Origin: a virus
Lineage: Duplodnaviria > Caudoviricetes
DNA length: 64,000 bases
IMG/VR virus record: IMGVR_UViG_3300036971_000130
Direction: 5' to 3' (one strand)
Positions 21,272 through 33,330 of the stretch are shown in pieces. The notes beneath the pieces are model-generated. The model was not told the origin of the DNA. It searched no databases and was given only the letters and a program-made list of their open reading frames with translations. A program made the translations under genes and the position numbers. The first letter of the stretch is position 1, and each line of letters starts with the position of its first letter.

Positions 21272-22237
21272 ATGGTCCTCACCCCTCACGGGGTATGTGT
21301 CATCCACGGCATCGACGCTCGTGAGGCTGTGGTGCAGTCAGTCGACGATCGCTTCCACGTCGTGGCGAGAGAGGACATCTCGGACTACGACGGTGAGGCG
21401 TGGGCTGTCGACGGCGGAGGGCTCCGCTACATCGGGGACAACACCCATCTCGCTGTGGATCTCACGACCATCGACCCCGGCGACCTTCAGGTTGAAGCCA
21501 CCGCCGATGGCGTCAACTGGGGTACCACTGGGCTGCATGGCCGCATCAAGCGAACCGGCAGAGACATGTCAGATGCGATGGACTTCGTCAGGGGGCGCTC
21601 CGATCTCATCTCGGTCTCGTCCACCTCGATCGTCTTCGAGACCGGCGAGGAACTCCCGATCCGTCGTTGGGCGGGTCGACCGGTCGTCTACACCATCGAG
21701 ATCCGCAAGCCCGAGGGCGTCTGGGTCCCGTACGCCGCCGATGTCTCCGTCGGGAACGTCGTCACCGACGGGACCGAGTTCGGGATGGTGGTGACGATCA
21801 TCGGCACGGTGCCGGTGATGGTCCGACGTGACGGAACCCTGGATGTGGCGTTCCCGAAGATCGTTGGCGGACCTGAAGGTCTGGTCGCCTGCGCCTCTGA
21901 GAAGGAACGGCTCTCGCTGATCCTCTCCGGCGAAGCTGCCGTCTGGAACGAACACGGCCGACTGATCCCGGTGACCCTCGAAGATGTCGTGGAGTCCGGT
22001 GAGGTGGACTGGCTGATCCGTGTCCCCCAGGGGCCTCCCGACAGCAAGAGGCTCATCGAGCATCTCGTGTACGGTCGTGAGATCACCTGCGATGGTCGGC
22101 CTGTCACCTCCGTCGAACGGATCGACGGGAAGTGCGTGATCGTCGTCGACGGGAACCCGGTCTCGAACCCTCGCACCATCAGGGTGCAGCCGACATCGGA
22201 AGACCTCAGCTTCTACTCGAAAGGACTCGACCTGTGA
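21272..22237 (+). CDS. Beta-rich multi-domain hypothetical protein (family G)
   Basis: SD AGGAGG; C-terminal LIEHLVYGREITCDGRPVTSV. Confidence 0.65.
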   Translation: MVLTPHGVCVIHGIDAREAVVQSVDDRFHVVAREDISDYDGEAWAVDGGGLRYIGDNTHLAVDLTTIDPGDLQVEATADGVNWGTTGLHGRIKRTGRDMSDAMDFVRGRSDLISVSSTSIVFETGEELPIRRWAGRPVVYTIEIRKPEGVWVPYAADVSVGNVVTDGTEFGMVVTIIGTVPVMVRRDGTLDVAFPKIVGGPEGLVACASEKERLSLILSGEAAVWNEHGRLIPVTLEDVVESGEVDWLIRVPQGPPDSKRLIEHLVYGREITCDGRPVTSVERIDGKCVIVVDGNPVSNPRTIRVQPTSEDLSFYSKGLDL

Positions 22238-22271
22238 CCACTCCCGAGTACGACGCAGCGGACTCCTGTAC

Positions 22272-22697
22272 ATGAACCACATCGACGAGGGCCTGAAGAT
22301 CCTCGATGCGATCGAAGCTTCAGACACCGCCAAGCGGGCGTTCTGTCTGCACCCGCTTGCCCAGGGCGATGCGGAGATCGGGCAGTTCGATCCTCACCTG
22401 GCGTCGTCGCCCGAAGTCCTGGTGGCGACCATCGAGTACCGCAACGTGGCGAACAGGTACCTGTCACATCACCACGGCGTTGCTGGTCTCCGGCCGATCC
22501 CGTCGCCGCTGGCGGTCGTCAACGACATGCTGATCGCTGACAAGGTCCAGAACCGCAAGGACTTCCTGACGAACCCGGCGATCACCGGCGAGAAGTGGGA
22601 TCGGCTGAACAGCTACTTCCTGGCCTGGCTGGAAGCTCTCGGCGTCTCCGACAACGAGTACGTCTGGCTCTGCGAGATCGCCTCCGACCATCCATGA
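22272..22697 (+). CDS. Phage-type hypothetical protein (NHIDEGL...MLIADKVQNRKDF)
   Basis: Recognisable conserved motifs; stop codon lies inside the motif (DHP*). Confidence 0.65.
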   Translation: MNHIDEGLKILDAIEASDTAKRAFCLHPLAQGDAEIGQFDPHLASSPEVLVATIEYRNVANRYLSHHHGVAGLRPIPSPLAVVNDMLIADKVQNRKDFLTNPAITGEKWDRLNSYFLAWLEALGVSDNEYVWLCEIASDHP

Positions 22698-22704
22698 TGG
22701 TCCC

Positions 22705-23634
22705 ATGACGAACTTCACCATCTCGCACCGGCGTTCCGTCGGGTTCACCGACTCCGATGGTAAGCCCGTCTTCCACACCGGGTACGTGCTGGGGTCCAGC
22801 GGCCTGCTGTCGGTCTACTACTACCCATCGAACGGGACAGCAGTGGCCGAACGAGGGATCGGGAAAACCACGGCCGGACACCCGCTCGGGGCCGACCGTC
22901 GACCGATGACGCTCAGCGGTGACTACGTCGACTACCAGGACTTCCTCGTGGAGATCGGGACGGACAACGTCACCTTCGCCAACAGGGCGGTGGTCGAACT
23001 CTCCGACGGAACCTGCCGGTACGTGCCTCACAGCCGCCCGGACCTGATCGACCGGACCTCGTACCCGACACCCACCGACTTCGATGTCGAGGTCGACATC
23101 GACCCGTTCGACTTCGAGCAGCCGTGGCAGTGCTACGTCGGCAGCGAAGCGTGGCTCAATCACGACATCGTCCGAGGCTTCCACATCGGCCGTGGCCGAG
23201 CGACCGTCGAACGTCCGTGGCCCGGCGAGAAGGTGCCGGTCTTCTCGATCTACGAGTTCCCCGGCGGCGAACGTCGGCTCGTCGACTTCCAGTCCGAGAT
23301 CCTGCCGATCTCCGCCTGCCTCGGCTACGAGGACGACGACTACTTCAACGATGTCGACCCGCCGGAGTCACGGCTCTGCCTCGGAGGCCGTGTCCTCGAC
23401 ACCGTGCCGTACAAGACCGCCAACCTCGACCAGTACGGGGCGTGGCTGTTCGAGACGAACCGTGTCACCGACGCCGATGGGGAAATCCTCGACCGTTGGA
23501 CGGACGGCCCGATGGTCTACCACCGGTTCCGGCCGAAGCCCGAGAAGGAGATCGACCGGGCGGTCTGGATCACCGACATCTTCGCCAACCGCTGGTCCTA
23601 CGAGAACGGAGAGATCAGGTTCGACGAAGGCTGA
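22705..23634 (+). CDS. Hypothetical protein
   Basis: Motif at 22690, ATG at +5. Confidence 0.7.
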   Translation: MTNFTISHRRSVGFTDSDGKPVFHTGYVLGSSGLLSVYYYPSNGTAVAERGIGKTTAGHPLGADRRPMTLSGDYVDYQDFLVEIGTDNVTFANRAVVELSDGTCRYVPHSRPDLIDRTSYPTPTDFDVEVDIDPFDFEQPWQCYVGSEAWLNHDIVRGFHIGRGRATVERPWPGEKVPVFSIYEFPGGERRLVDFQSEILPISACLGYEDDDYFNDVDPPESRLCLGGRVLDTVPYKTANLDQYGAWLFETNRVTDADGEILDRWTDGPMVYHRFRPKPEKEIDRAVWITDIFANRWSYENGEIRFDEG

Positions 23635-24163
23635 ACGCCGACATGTCGTAGACCCGAAGGAAGCCATCGGATTCCACGCCGTACCCCTCGTAGGTCACGT
23701 CCTCGTTGTAGTAGTCCTCCCACGCCATCTCGGCCTCCCAGTAGTCCGTGTCGTCGTAGTCCTCGATGTACGGCTTGGTGTCGTACCCTCCGGTCTCGAA
23801 GGTGAAGTCCCCGAAGGTCACCGTGTCATACCCGATCTCGACGCCGTTCACACCACCACCGAAGGTGACGAGACGATCCTTGTCGAAGGTGGGGTTGGAC
23901 GTGATGCCGAAGCCGTACGGAGTCACGGCGATGAACCCGGAGTCGCAGTTGATCGGGGTCGAGTCGTCGTTGTTCGTGGCGAACATGGTCTTGGTCCGGC
24001 ACGCCTTCGGCAGACGAGCCACCACCGAGTCGTCGAACCGGAAGGTCTCCTGGTCGCCTGCGACGGTCAGAAACCGTTCGAGGTCAGCTTCCTCGGTGAT
24101 GAGGTCCGTCGGGTCGCCCACGAGGTAGACGCCGGACGGGAAGGTGATGTCGGTCTCGTTCAT
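23615..24163 (-). CDS. GDP(CY)...DSG family protein (paralog 1)
   Basis: FPSGVYLVGDP...CDSGFIAVTP. Confidence 0.7.
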   Translation of the reverse strand: MNETDITFPSGVYLVGDPTDLITEEADLERFLTVAGDQETFRFDDSVVARLPKACRTKTMFATNNDDSTPINCDSGFIAVTPYGFGITSNPTFDKDRLVTFGGGVNGVEIGYDTVTFGDFTFETGGYDTKPYIEDYDDTDYWEAEMAWEDYYNEDVTYEGYGVESDGFLRVYDMSAFSLRRT

Positions 24164-24187
24164 GGGATCATCATGGGTGGCAACGGC

Positions 24188-25124
24188 TCAGAGGACCAGC
24201 TTGGCTTGGAACTGCTGGATCTTCTTCGTGAGTTCCGGCGTGACCTCGCCAGCCGTCAAGGCGGCGATGATCTCGTCGGCCTCGCTCAGCCAGTACGAGT
24301 CGTCTCGCCATCCGACCGGCCACGATTCGTAGTGATCGGTGTCCCATGACCAGTGGATGGAGCGGTCACGGGAAGACTGCTCGTCTTCGATGTGGCCGAA
24401 GTCACGAGCGCACCCTCCGCCGGGGCCGACCGCATCACACCTCGAACGCTTCCGAGGGTCCGGAGAGCCGCTCAACATGGCGTCAGCGATGGCGGCGTTC
24501 ATCTCTCCCTTGGTCATCCCGATATCAGAGAGTTTCGGAGCTTCGATGAGGTCGAGCGTCCCAGGGGAACAGTCGCCTTGGAAACAGGTGACAGTGGTTT
24601 CGTCGCCGCAGCGGGGGCATTGCACAGGATCATCCGATCGTTCGTTGGTGGGTTCTGAGGCGGGCCAACCCGACAGGTCAGCCCCGGTCCGCCCAGAGGT
24701 CCGGCCGGTTCAGGAAGTCGGAGAACTCCTGCCGGAGCGTGTCCGTGAGACCGTCTTCGAGCAGTTCTTCGATCAGCATGTCGACATCACGGAGAAGTTC
24801 CTCGTCGTCCTTCAGGCCGATCGGCCAGTACATGTAGTGGTCACCGGGGCGGGCCGAATGCTTGTTGTTGTCGTACCACGGGGTGTCGAGATGCCCGGCG
24901 GAACGGTCACACCTGACTCCGTCGTAACGGTGGTTGCAGAGGTGTCGCCGGTCCCGAACGTCAGGGTCTCGGTCAGCCATCGCAGCGTCGTACTCCGCAC
25001 GGGTGCGACCGGCATCCTCAGGGGTCGGAGCGGGAACGAGCATGGGCATCAGCGTGCCCGGCACGCACTCACCTTCGACGCAGATGTGGGTGATCTGCTT
25101 GTTGCAGCGTGGGCAGTTCTTCAT
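24188..25124 (-). CDS. Two tandem zinc-finger paralogs (24188..24625, 24678..25124)
   Basis: CPRC..TxxCxxGxCxPGTL...C..C.R..GH...WP.G in both. Confidence 0.7.
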
Positions 25125-28100
25125 CGGTCCTGTCCTCCGAACATGGTCTCCATCGTCTCCCGAGGGTTGATGTCGGCCTCGTAGAACAGCGTTCCACCGG
25201 CGAGGAACGCTTCGAGCATCCCTCCGCCGAGCGACCACGACATGTACTCCCGGTCCGCAGCAGCCCGCTCCTTCTCCCGTTCACGCAGGACAGCGATCTC
25301 ATCCGTCAGAGCGTTGATCTTCCTGTGTGCCTTGGCGAGTTCACGAAGCAGGTCTTCCTCCCGAGGATTGAACTCGTCGTCCCACGGATCGTCACACCAG
25401 CCGTAGAAGCTCACCCGAACACCGTCCGAACGAAGTCCTCGCCTTCGGCGGTCAGGGTCGGATTCCCGTAGATCCCGTCCTTGCACTCGATCCGGCGACC
25501 GTCTTCGGAGCCGGGGACGACGAGCCCGTCGCTGTCGAAGACGAGAACGGCGATGATGTCCTGAGCCGAGATGCGGCGCTCTCTTGCGATGTCGATGATC
25601 GTCTTCATGGCACCATCATGGGTGGCCCGGTGGCGATCACCGTCTCCGGTTGAGCGAACAGGATGAAGTCCTCGACCTTCGATGCGTCGTCGACGATCAC
25701 CGTCTTAACCGAGAAGTCGGACATGGTGACGAGACCGATGGACGCAGACCGGAGATCCATGACCTCCACGTCGGCTGCGACGAAGTACCCACGAGTCACC
25801 GTGGCACCCGACAGGTCGATCGTGTCGAGGTTGCGTCCTTCGGTTCGGAAGTCGCCGGTCCCATGGAACTCGACGAAGTCTTCGAGGATCTGAAGCTTCG
25901 TCGGCGTAGCACCGAAGTTGCCCCACCATCGCTGCTTCGGTCGAACCGGGAAACACATGGCGTCGAACGCCTCGTGGTTGTAGTCGGTGCCGGAGACCAC
26001 GTACCGTTCGGCGGTGATACCGAACGCCCGGATCTTGCCGATCTGCTTGCGGTCCAGGAGCACCCGTCGTGCGGTCACCCGGAAGAACTGGGCAAAGAGC
26101 ACCTTCGCTCCACGGATGTCGAGCGTGTCAGCGTGCACGTCAAAGATGTAGCCGGACCGGTAGGTGCCGCTCAACTTCACGTTCTGGCCGTAGAGGTGCG
26201 AGGTCACCGAACGGCTGTTCTTCGAGATGAGGTGGATGTTCTCGCCACCGATCGGGAGGATGTCGAAGGTCATCAGAACGGAAGCGGGGAGAGGGTGATG
26301 GTGCGGTCGGCGTAGAACGGGTGGTCGGCTCCGGGCATGCGGAGGGTAGCTGCTCCCTCGAACTCGCACGCTGCGGCCCACTGCGGATCGCAGAGGCCGA
26401 TCTTGCCCGCCCACCAGACGAACATGTGGGCTTGGACTCGGTCCTTCGGCTCCTTCGACAGCATGTGGTGGTGACCTTCGGTCTTCGACGGCAGGAGGTC
26501 GAATTCGTACTCCATGAAGACGAGTGACCCAGGTCCGGTGAGGCGGATGTTGACGTGCATGTAGGCGGCGAACAGCGCCACCTCACGGTCGGTCAGCGTG
26601 GCGTCGAGGCCGGTGACCTTGATCTCGCCGTAGAATTCGTCGAGTTCGACCGCCACATCGTCCATGTCCAGCATCAGGAACGCATGCGGCGAACGCTGGA
26701 TGCTGTCGATGGTGTAGTCCTTGCCAGGGGTGTAGGCGATCGACGAGAGGACGTTCGGGACGCCCGTGAACATGCCCTCGTCGAGTTCGAACTCGGTGTA
26801 GTCGTCGCTCGGCGTTTCCATCTCGGAGCGCAGCGGTCGGTTCAGCGGAAGGGGGCGCAGGATGTCGTGCATGGTCACATCATGGGTGGTCGACGATGTC
26901 GGCCTCGCAGGAGAGCGTGAGCCAGGTGGCGAACCCGGTGTAGACGATACACCACACTTTCATCAGCAGGTCACCGTCCCAGGTGAAAGTGACGAGGATG
27001 GTCAGGATCTCCATGACGGAGAGGTTGATCATCGCCACCCCATACGCGACCCTCTCCCCGAAGTAGACCACGATCGTGCGGAAGACGATCCCGACACCGT
27101 AGGTGACCATCAGGAGGCTGAATGCGATCGCCTCACCGGACACGAGTTGGTAGGACCCAATCCCGACGAGGGTGGCACCGATGAGTTCCAGGAGGACCAT
27201 CATGGTCTTCGTCATCCGGACCTCATCGGGAAGTTCGGTCGACATCAACCGAACACCGCAGCGATGCGAGCCTGCTCGACGAGGCGGGTGTACGCCTCGG
27301 CGGAGAGGACCACGCCGATCCCGTGGTCGCTGCGACCAACGGTGACGGTACCGACGTGGATGCCGAGGTCGACGAGAGCGTCGGTGCTGTCGTCGATCGC
27401 CTTCTTGCAGGCGTCGACGTTGCGGGCACGACGGGCACGGGATTCCTCGTACTCAGCCTGACGCTGCTCGGCTTCGGCCTTCTCCTTGGCCTTGGAGTCC
27501 TTGGCGGCGACATGGATCTCGGTGATCGTGTCGAGGTTCATCTCGACGCCGACCTCGTGGTGACGGGGACGCTCGACGCTGACCCCGACGGCGATCATCT
27601 TCACGTCGTCGCCGTAGCTGTCGGTGGGAACGGCGAAGACCTGGCCGGGCTTCGAGAGGGGAAGCTGGGCGTGGCGGTGGGTATCCGACAGGCTTCTGAC
27701 GAAGTCCCTCATCTCCGAGCCGGAGACACCGAGGGCGGTCTGGGCGGCGACCTTCGTCGGGGTGGCGACGTAGAGCCGGACCTGGGAGATGTGCGATCGG
27801 CAGCCGAGGGCCTTGGCGATCTGGTAGTTGCAGACGATGACGGTGTGAACGGTGTTGGTCATGTCGTCAACATGGGTGGCACATCCGGGTGTGTCCAACC
27901 ATCAGCAGATGAAGCCACGTCGCTTCAGGAACTCGATCATCTCGGGATCGAGAGGAACGTCTCCGACCGGGACAGCAACCAACGAACGGTAGAACTCGTA
28001 CATCTCGTCAACCGTCTCCGTCACATGGTCGAGGACGGCAAGGCCAGCAGCGAGGACTGCGTAACCCACACGGTTCGCCGTGATCGGATCTGACCGCTTC

Positions 28101-28842
28101 GGGTAGAGACTGTGCTTCGTGAAGTCGTCCCCGTCGACGGTGATGAAGTAGTCACCGCCCCGTGAGTAGGCGAACAGCCGCACCATCAGGACTCACCCGA
28201 GAGAGCGTCGAACTGTGCCGTGTACCGCTCCGGATCGTCACGGCACTCGAAGGAACGCCAGTAGAGGTTCGAGAGGGCAGCCATCCGAGCTTCAGCGTCC
28301 TGCCGGACCTCCGGGTCCTTCGACTTCGTGCCAGCCAGGAACTTCACGAACGCCGGACGGGCATGGTCGTTCATGTACGAGGTACCCCGCATGTACCACA
28401 TCCAGGCGTAGTACCACGTCAGGACAAGAGCAGCCGCTCCGGTGAGCTTCCACGGGCTGGTCACCGCCAGCACGACCCCGGCGACCAGCAGGGCAACGAT
28501 CGAGAACAGGAGCCACTTGTCGAACCAGAGCCCGACGACAGCGTTCGGACGACGGAACCCGTCGGAACGGTACAGGACCGGATGACCGGGGATCGGGCCA
28601 GCGGAGATGTGGACCGCCCCGATCGTCACCTCGCCCTGTGAGACCGACACCGCCGCATCCTGGTCGACCACGAGGTTGTGGTAACCGGTCGTCGGTTCGA
28701 TGTCGAACCACCCAGATCGGGTTTCGACGACCATCCCGTTCGACCCGGTGACCCAGGTGTCCCCGCCGGTCGAGAACCGGGGGAAACCCCGGTCGCTCGG
28801 AGCGTCCGACACGAGATGAGTTCCAGCTTCGATCACGGTCAT
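25121..28842 (-). CDS. Run of hypothetical genes (including 25411..25608, 25605..26273, 26273..26872, 26880..27245 membrane, 27245..27862, 27902..28186, 28186..28842 membrane)
   Basis: Coupled ORFs; motifs at 25614, 26878 and 27868. Confidence 0.6.
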
Positions 28843-29073
28843 CGACCAGCCTCGATCCTTTCGACGGTCCGACGGAAACGACATCCCCATCGGAACCCGA
28901 CCCAGAACGACTCGGCCTTCACTTGACGACCTCGCTGAGCCAGAGGTGGCATCGGAGCATCTGGTTGACATCCATGATGAGGCGTCTGTTCATGGTGACA
29001 TCATGGGCGGTACGGTCAGGCCAGCCAAACCGAGACCTGTCGGCGTTGGTCTCGGGTGTGGTAGAACGACCCC

Positions 29074-29439
29074 ATGAAGCTCAACGTCTACTACTCGGCC
29101 GAGCAGAACAACCGGATCTCGTTCACCGCCTACGAGGACTACGAGTGCGTGAACTCGTCGAGGCCGTGGCCGTCGATCGTCGGGATCGCTGACGCCACGA
29201 AGCTGATGAAGCCGTCCGACGGACTCAACCAGCGCAACGTCTGGACTCTCGTCGACGCTCCCGTTCGTGGGGCGTACAAGGTCACCTACTGCTACCAGCA
29301 CGCTGATGGCTCCGTGGACCTCGTGGTTCTCGACTCGGACCATCTCGGTGACCTGATCGTGGCGATTCGCTTCGACGATCAGGCAGCCTTCGACCTCGAC
29401 TTCGACGAGCCGCTCTGGCTTCTCACCGGCCATCCATGA
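29074..29439 (+). CDS. Hypothetical protein
   Basis: Stop codon inside the motif (GHP*). Confidence 0.6.
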   Translation: MKLNVYYSAEQNNRISFTAYEDYECVNSSRPWPSIVGIADATKLMKPSDGLNQRNVWTLVDAPVRGAYKVTYCYQHADGSVDLVVLDSDHLGDLIVAIRFDDQAAFDLDFDEPLWLLTGHP

Positions 29440-29447
29440 TGGCGGAC

Positions 29448-30152
29448 ATGGACATCTACGACGACGAGTTCCTGGCCGAACTGCTGCGCCCACACTGGAC
29501 TGATCACACCCATGATGGAAAGGTCATGCACGAACAGATCCCATCCCACGTCGACATCGGCATCGCCAGGCTCGCAGCAGCACCAGACGATGAGTTCATC
29601 GTCGGTCGAACCAGCGACGGCGAGGTTCGGTGGGATGTGACCCAGGAGCAACACCTCTGCCTGTTCGGCCCTGCACGTTCCGGTCTGACCACCGCAAGGA
29701 TCGCCGTCACAGCGAATGCGGTCGCCCGAGGGTGGGACATCATCTCGTTGGAGACCAGCGAACCGGCATGGCGGGCGATCGAGGGCACCTTCGACCATCT
29801 CGACGACATCCGGTTCCAGCGGGCAGCGGTCGTGAACCTGCTCCGCAAGGCCGAGACCCGTGGAACGCTCGTCGTCGTCGATGATGCAGCAGAGATCGCC
29901 GGGGAACTCGTCGAGAGCCTCACGGAATCCGACAGATCGGACATTCACCTCCTTCTGGTCTCGAACACCACCCCGAAGATCGCCACCGAGCTACCCGACA
30001 GCGCCAGATGCGTTGTCGGGTCCACCCAGACGTTCGCCAATCGGGCGCTGAGGCGTCCTGTGCGCTATGGGCGGCTTCCCAGGGGCCGATGCATCTTCGA
30101 GACCGCTGACGGGCGTCAGAGGCTCGCACAGGTCGGTTTCGTGACCGGCTGA
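29448..30152 (+). CDS. Degenerate FtsK/SpoIIIE-like P-loop domain
   Basis: HLCLFGPARSGLTT (Lys lost), LVVVDD, LPRGRCIF. Confidence 0.6.
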   Translation: MDIYDDEFLAELLRPHWTDHTHDGKVMHEQIPSHVDIGIARLAAAPDDEFIVGRTSDGEVRWDVTQEQHLCLFGPARSGLTTARIAVTANAVARGWDIISLETSEPAWRAIEGTFDHLDDIRFQRAAVVNLLRKAETRGTLVVVDDAAEIAGELVESLTESDRSDIHLLLVSNTTPKIATELPDSARCVVGSTQTFANRALRRPVRYGRLPRGRCIFETADGRQRLAQVGFVTG

Positions 30153-30197
30153 TCGGCTACGCTCGATTCAACCAGCGTTTAAACGAGAGGTATCTCC

Positions 30198-32207
30198 ATG
30201 CACAACATCGAAGTCATCGTCGGAGACAAGGTCTGCGGAGTCGACATCGACCGTCCGTACGAGTTCCTTCTCATGCTTCGTGGTCACGGGATCGTCGCCA
30301 CGATGGTCGAAGAACAGGATGTTCAGGCGACCGTCGAGATCGTGAGCCTCAAAGGCGGGCACTTCAGCCGTCAGATCGCATCGACGAAGATGGATCATCC
30401 CCGTCGTTCGATTGCCAAGGTCACGGCGAAGTCGAACGGACCGGTCACCGTCTACCACATCATCGCCCTCGAAGACGAGATCGACGAAGCGGTGGCCGAA
30501 GTCGAGGACGAGATCGAGAACGGGAACGTCCGGATCGGAGAGAGGATCATCTCCGGTCGGATCAAGACGGAGCAGCACGAGCACCGCTACGAGGACGTGA
30601 CCATCGAGCGCATCTACACGGTCGCTGCCGACCCCAGCGGTGAGATCCACGATGTCACCTACACCCCGGCCATCAACATCGGAGAACTCCGCATCCAGGA
30701 GACCCCCTCCCATGTCGACGGGCTCATCACCGTGACCATCACCGAAGAAGCTCTCCGGAGCGTCGACGAGACCCTTGGACGCCTCTACCTTCGCCATCCA
30801 TGATGGCTGTATGAGCACTGTCACCATCCAAACCCTCCCCTCCGTTCTCGGTCAGGCGATCGCCATGGGGGACACCCTCGACGTGAGCGGCGCAGACCTC
30901 ACCGGAGCCGACTTCTCGGAACTCGATCTCACCGGGGCCAACTTCTCGGGATGCAAGCTCGGGATCGACTACCACGCTTCTGGCCTCAGCACGCACGAGA
31001 TCGCCTCCCTGATCCGGGAGCATCGGATCTTCGTCAACGACCGGCCGATCGACTCCATCGAGTTCGGTAGGGGCACGTCCTACCTGATCTCAGGCAACCG
31101 TCGGATGACGGCCCTCTACGACCACAGGCTCAGGGACGCCACCGGGCTTCAGATCACCCCGACGGCCGATGACGCCAAGACCATCTCCACCATGAAGGAC
31201 AGCAGACGATGAGCTTCGCCGTTGGTGACTGCGTCACCCATCCGAGTTCGTTCACCATGTTCATCGTCGTCGGCTCCGATGACGATGCCACCTACGTCGT
31301 GACCTGGATCGGCGGTTCGGTCAGGTCGTTGCCGACGAAGGAGTGCCGTGCGGTGCTCGACGGCTACTACCCGACCGAGAGAGGGGTGGAGTTCCACAGC
31401 ACTCAGGTGAAGAACATCCCGCTCTGCCGGGTGACCTTCGAGGACACCATCCAAGCCCGTCAGGTCGAGCGGATCAACTTCAGCAGCGTCGTCTGTGCAG
31501 GCGGGGTCGAGTCCTTCGCAGACGATGTCACAGAGACCCCACACATCAGGGTGGATGCCCTGGTCCCGAACGTGAAGCGTTGGGTTCCGCCGGAGCATGT
31601 CGACGTTGTCGGGAAGTTCGTCATGGACGAGCACGGCACGATCCTGAAGGTCGAACGTCAGGTTGGCCTCTACGTCGAAGGACAGGGCGCTGTCGGACCT
31701 GTCACCGCCTACAACTGGACTCGGACGCAGGTCAAGGAGCAGATCGCCGCCGACGGCACCCCGGTCTGGCGCAACGACCCGACGACGGAGCAGCCTCATC
31801 CGGATGAGATCCTCACCGCTCTCGTCTTTGGGAAGCTGTTGGTGTGGGTCGACTCACGATGGGTCGACGTTTCCAGGACCCACTTCGGCGTCACCAGCTT
31901 CAGTGACACCGCCCTGTTCGCCGTTCGGAACGAGGACCGTGGACCCAACCTCGAACGGCTCGTCGAACGCATCACCAGGGGGAGCGTCTACGTCTACCAT
32001 TCGAGGGACGACTACAAGGCTTCCAGGAAGTCCCCCGACCGTCAGGTGACCGGCGTCTCGAAGTTCTCCGAAGACGAGTACCACCTTCACTTCCGGGGGA
32101 ACACGTACTACGACTTCCATCAGACCCGGAGGTTCTACGGCCACATCGTGATCGAGCCGTCGAAGTCGGAGATGAAGTGGTACGAGAATCTCAGCGATTC
32201 CCGCTGA
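30198..32207 (+). CDS. Three hypothetical genes: 30198..30803; 30811..31212 (short pentapeptide repeat); 31209..32207 (family G)
   Basis: ADLTG-ADFSE-LDLTG-ANFSG; motif at 30796. Confidence 0.65.
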
Positions 32208-32223
32208 ATGGTAGGATTGGCGG

Positions 32224-32616
32224 ATGAAGAAGACCGTCGCTCCCATCATCGCCGTGATCGTTGCTCTGCTCATCACATCCTGCATGCCGAAGGAGACCAG
32301 CGACTTCAGCAACCAGATGGCGAACAAGGCCGCTCAGAGGTTCGTCTCCGAGAGGAAGTGGAGCAGCGGCACCGTCACCTGCAAGCAGATGCTTGTGGGC
32401 ACCGGCCCCGGCCATGTCTCACGCCAGGACGAGCGCATCTCGGACTACAAGTGCGTCTTCAGCCCACCCGTCGGCAAGCGACGTGAGTTTGGCGTGAAGA
32501 CGACCCTGCGGTACGAAGATGGTCGATGGACGAGGTCGTACGCCCAGGTCGACTACCAGGGCAGCTACCGCCTGTTCAGCTTCTCCATGAAGGCCGGGCG
32601 ACCTGTCCTGATCTGA
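32224..32616 (+). CDS. Basic secreted lipoprotein (MKK family)
   Basis: LITSC lipobox; TCK..YKCV; TAGGAT-N6-ATG. Confidence 0.75.
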   Translation: MKKTVAPIIAVIVALLITSCMPKETSDFSNQMANKAAQRFVSERKWSSGTVTCKQMLVGTGPGHVSRQDERISDYKCVFSPPVGKRREFGVKTTLRYEDGRWTRSYAQVDYQGSYRLFSFSMKAGRPVLI

Positions 32617-32625
32617 GCACCACCC

Positions 32626-33039
32626 ATGATGGTCCAATACGCCATCAGGGAGTTGCAGATGCCGGAACAACGAACGGGATGGTCCGTTCAGGAGCTTGAC
32701 GAGTTCGAGGATGAGCCGATCATCTTTGGGTTCTTCGACGATGAGGACGACGCCGCAAGAGCGGTCGACTACATGAACGGGATCTCTGACGAGTTCGGCG
32801 GAGTCCCCGCTGAAGCTGTCCCGGTCGACGAGTTCACGCATGACCCGGAGCGACCGATCCCGGTGCACCTGGTGGCGATCAGCGGCCGGGTGGTCGTAGG
32901 GAGCCACGCCACGATCGGAGTCGATGACACGCCTCAGATGATCGACCTCGGCAGGGTCGTGATCTACACCGGGGATCGTGAGTTCGTCGAGACGATCACG
33001 AAGGTCTCGACCTGGATCACCGAAATCCCCGAACTCTAG
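32626..33039 (+). CDS. Acidic hypothetical protein
   Basis: ORF following the motif at 32622. Confidence 0.6.
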   Translation: MMVQYAIRELQMPEQRTGWSVQELDEFEDEPIIFGFFDDEDDAARAVDYMNGISDEFGGVPAEAVPVDEFTHDPERPIPVHLVAISGRVVVGSHATIGVDDTPQMIDLGRVVIYTGDREFVETITKVSTWITEIPEL

Positions 33040-33079
33040 GGGGTTTGTCGGTGTTCAGTGTTCAGTAATGAACGAACAC

Positions 33080-33316
33080 TCACACCTTCATGTCGAAGCA
33101 GGACCCGGACGGGTAGGCGTTGGCCCGCCGGACCACGTTCCCGTTCGACAAAACACGGTAGGCGCACTCGTGCTTCGAGCCTGAGGTGTAGGCGATCGCT
33201 GACATCGACTCGTAGCCTCCGCCAGCACCCCGGCCAGTGGTGAGGTACGCCCCCACCGTGGTCGTCTGCTTCTTCTTGCCGATCTCCCAGGTGCAGGACC
33301 AGAACTGCGTCCGCAA
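33080..33316 (-). pseudogene. 3' half of a lipoprotein-family gene, cut at the motif
   Basis: FWSCT...HECAY...GSCF matches the family C-terminus; no signal peptide. Confidence 0.6.
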
Positions 33317-33330
33317 CCCATGATGGGGCC

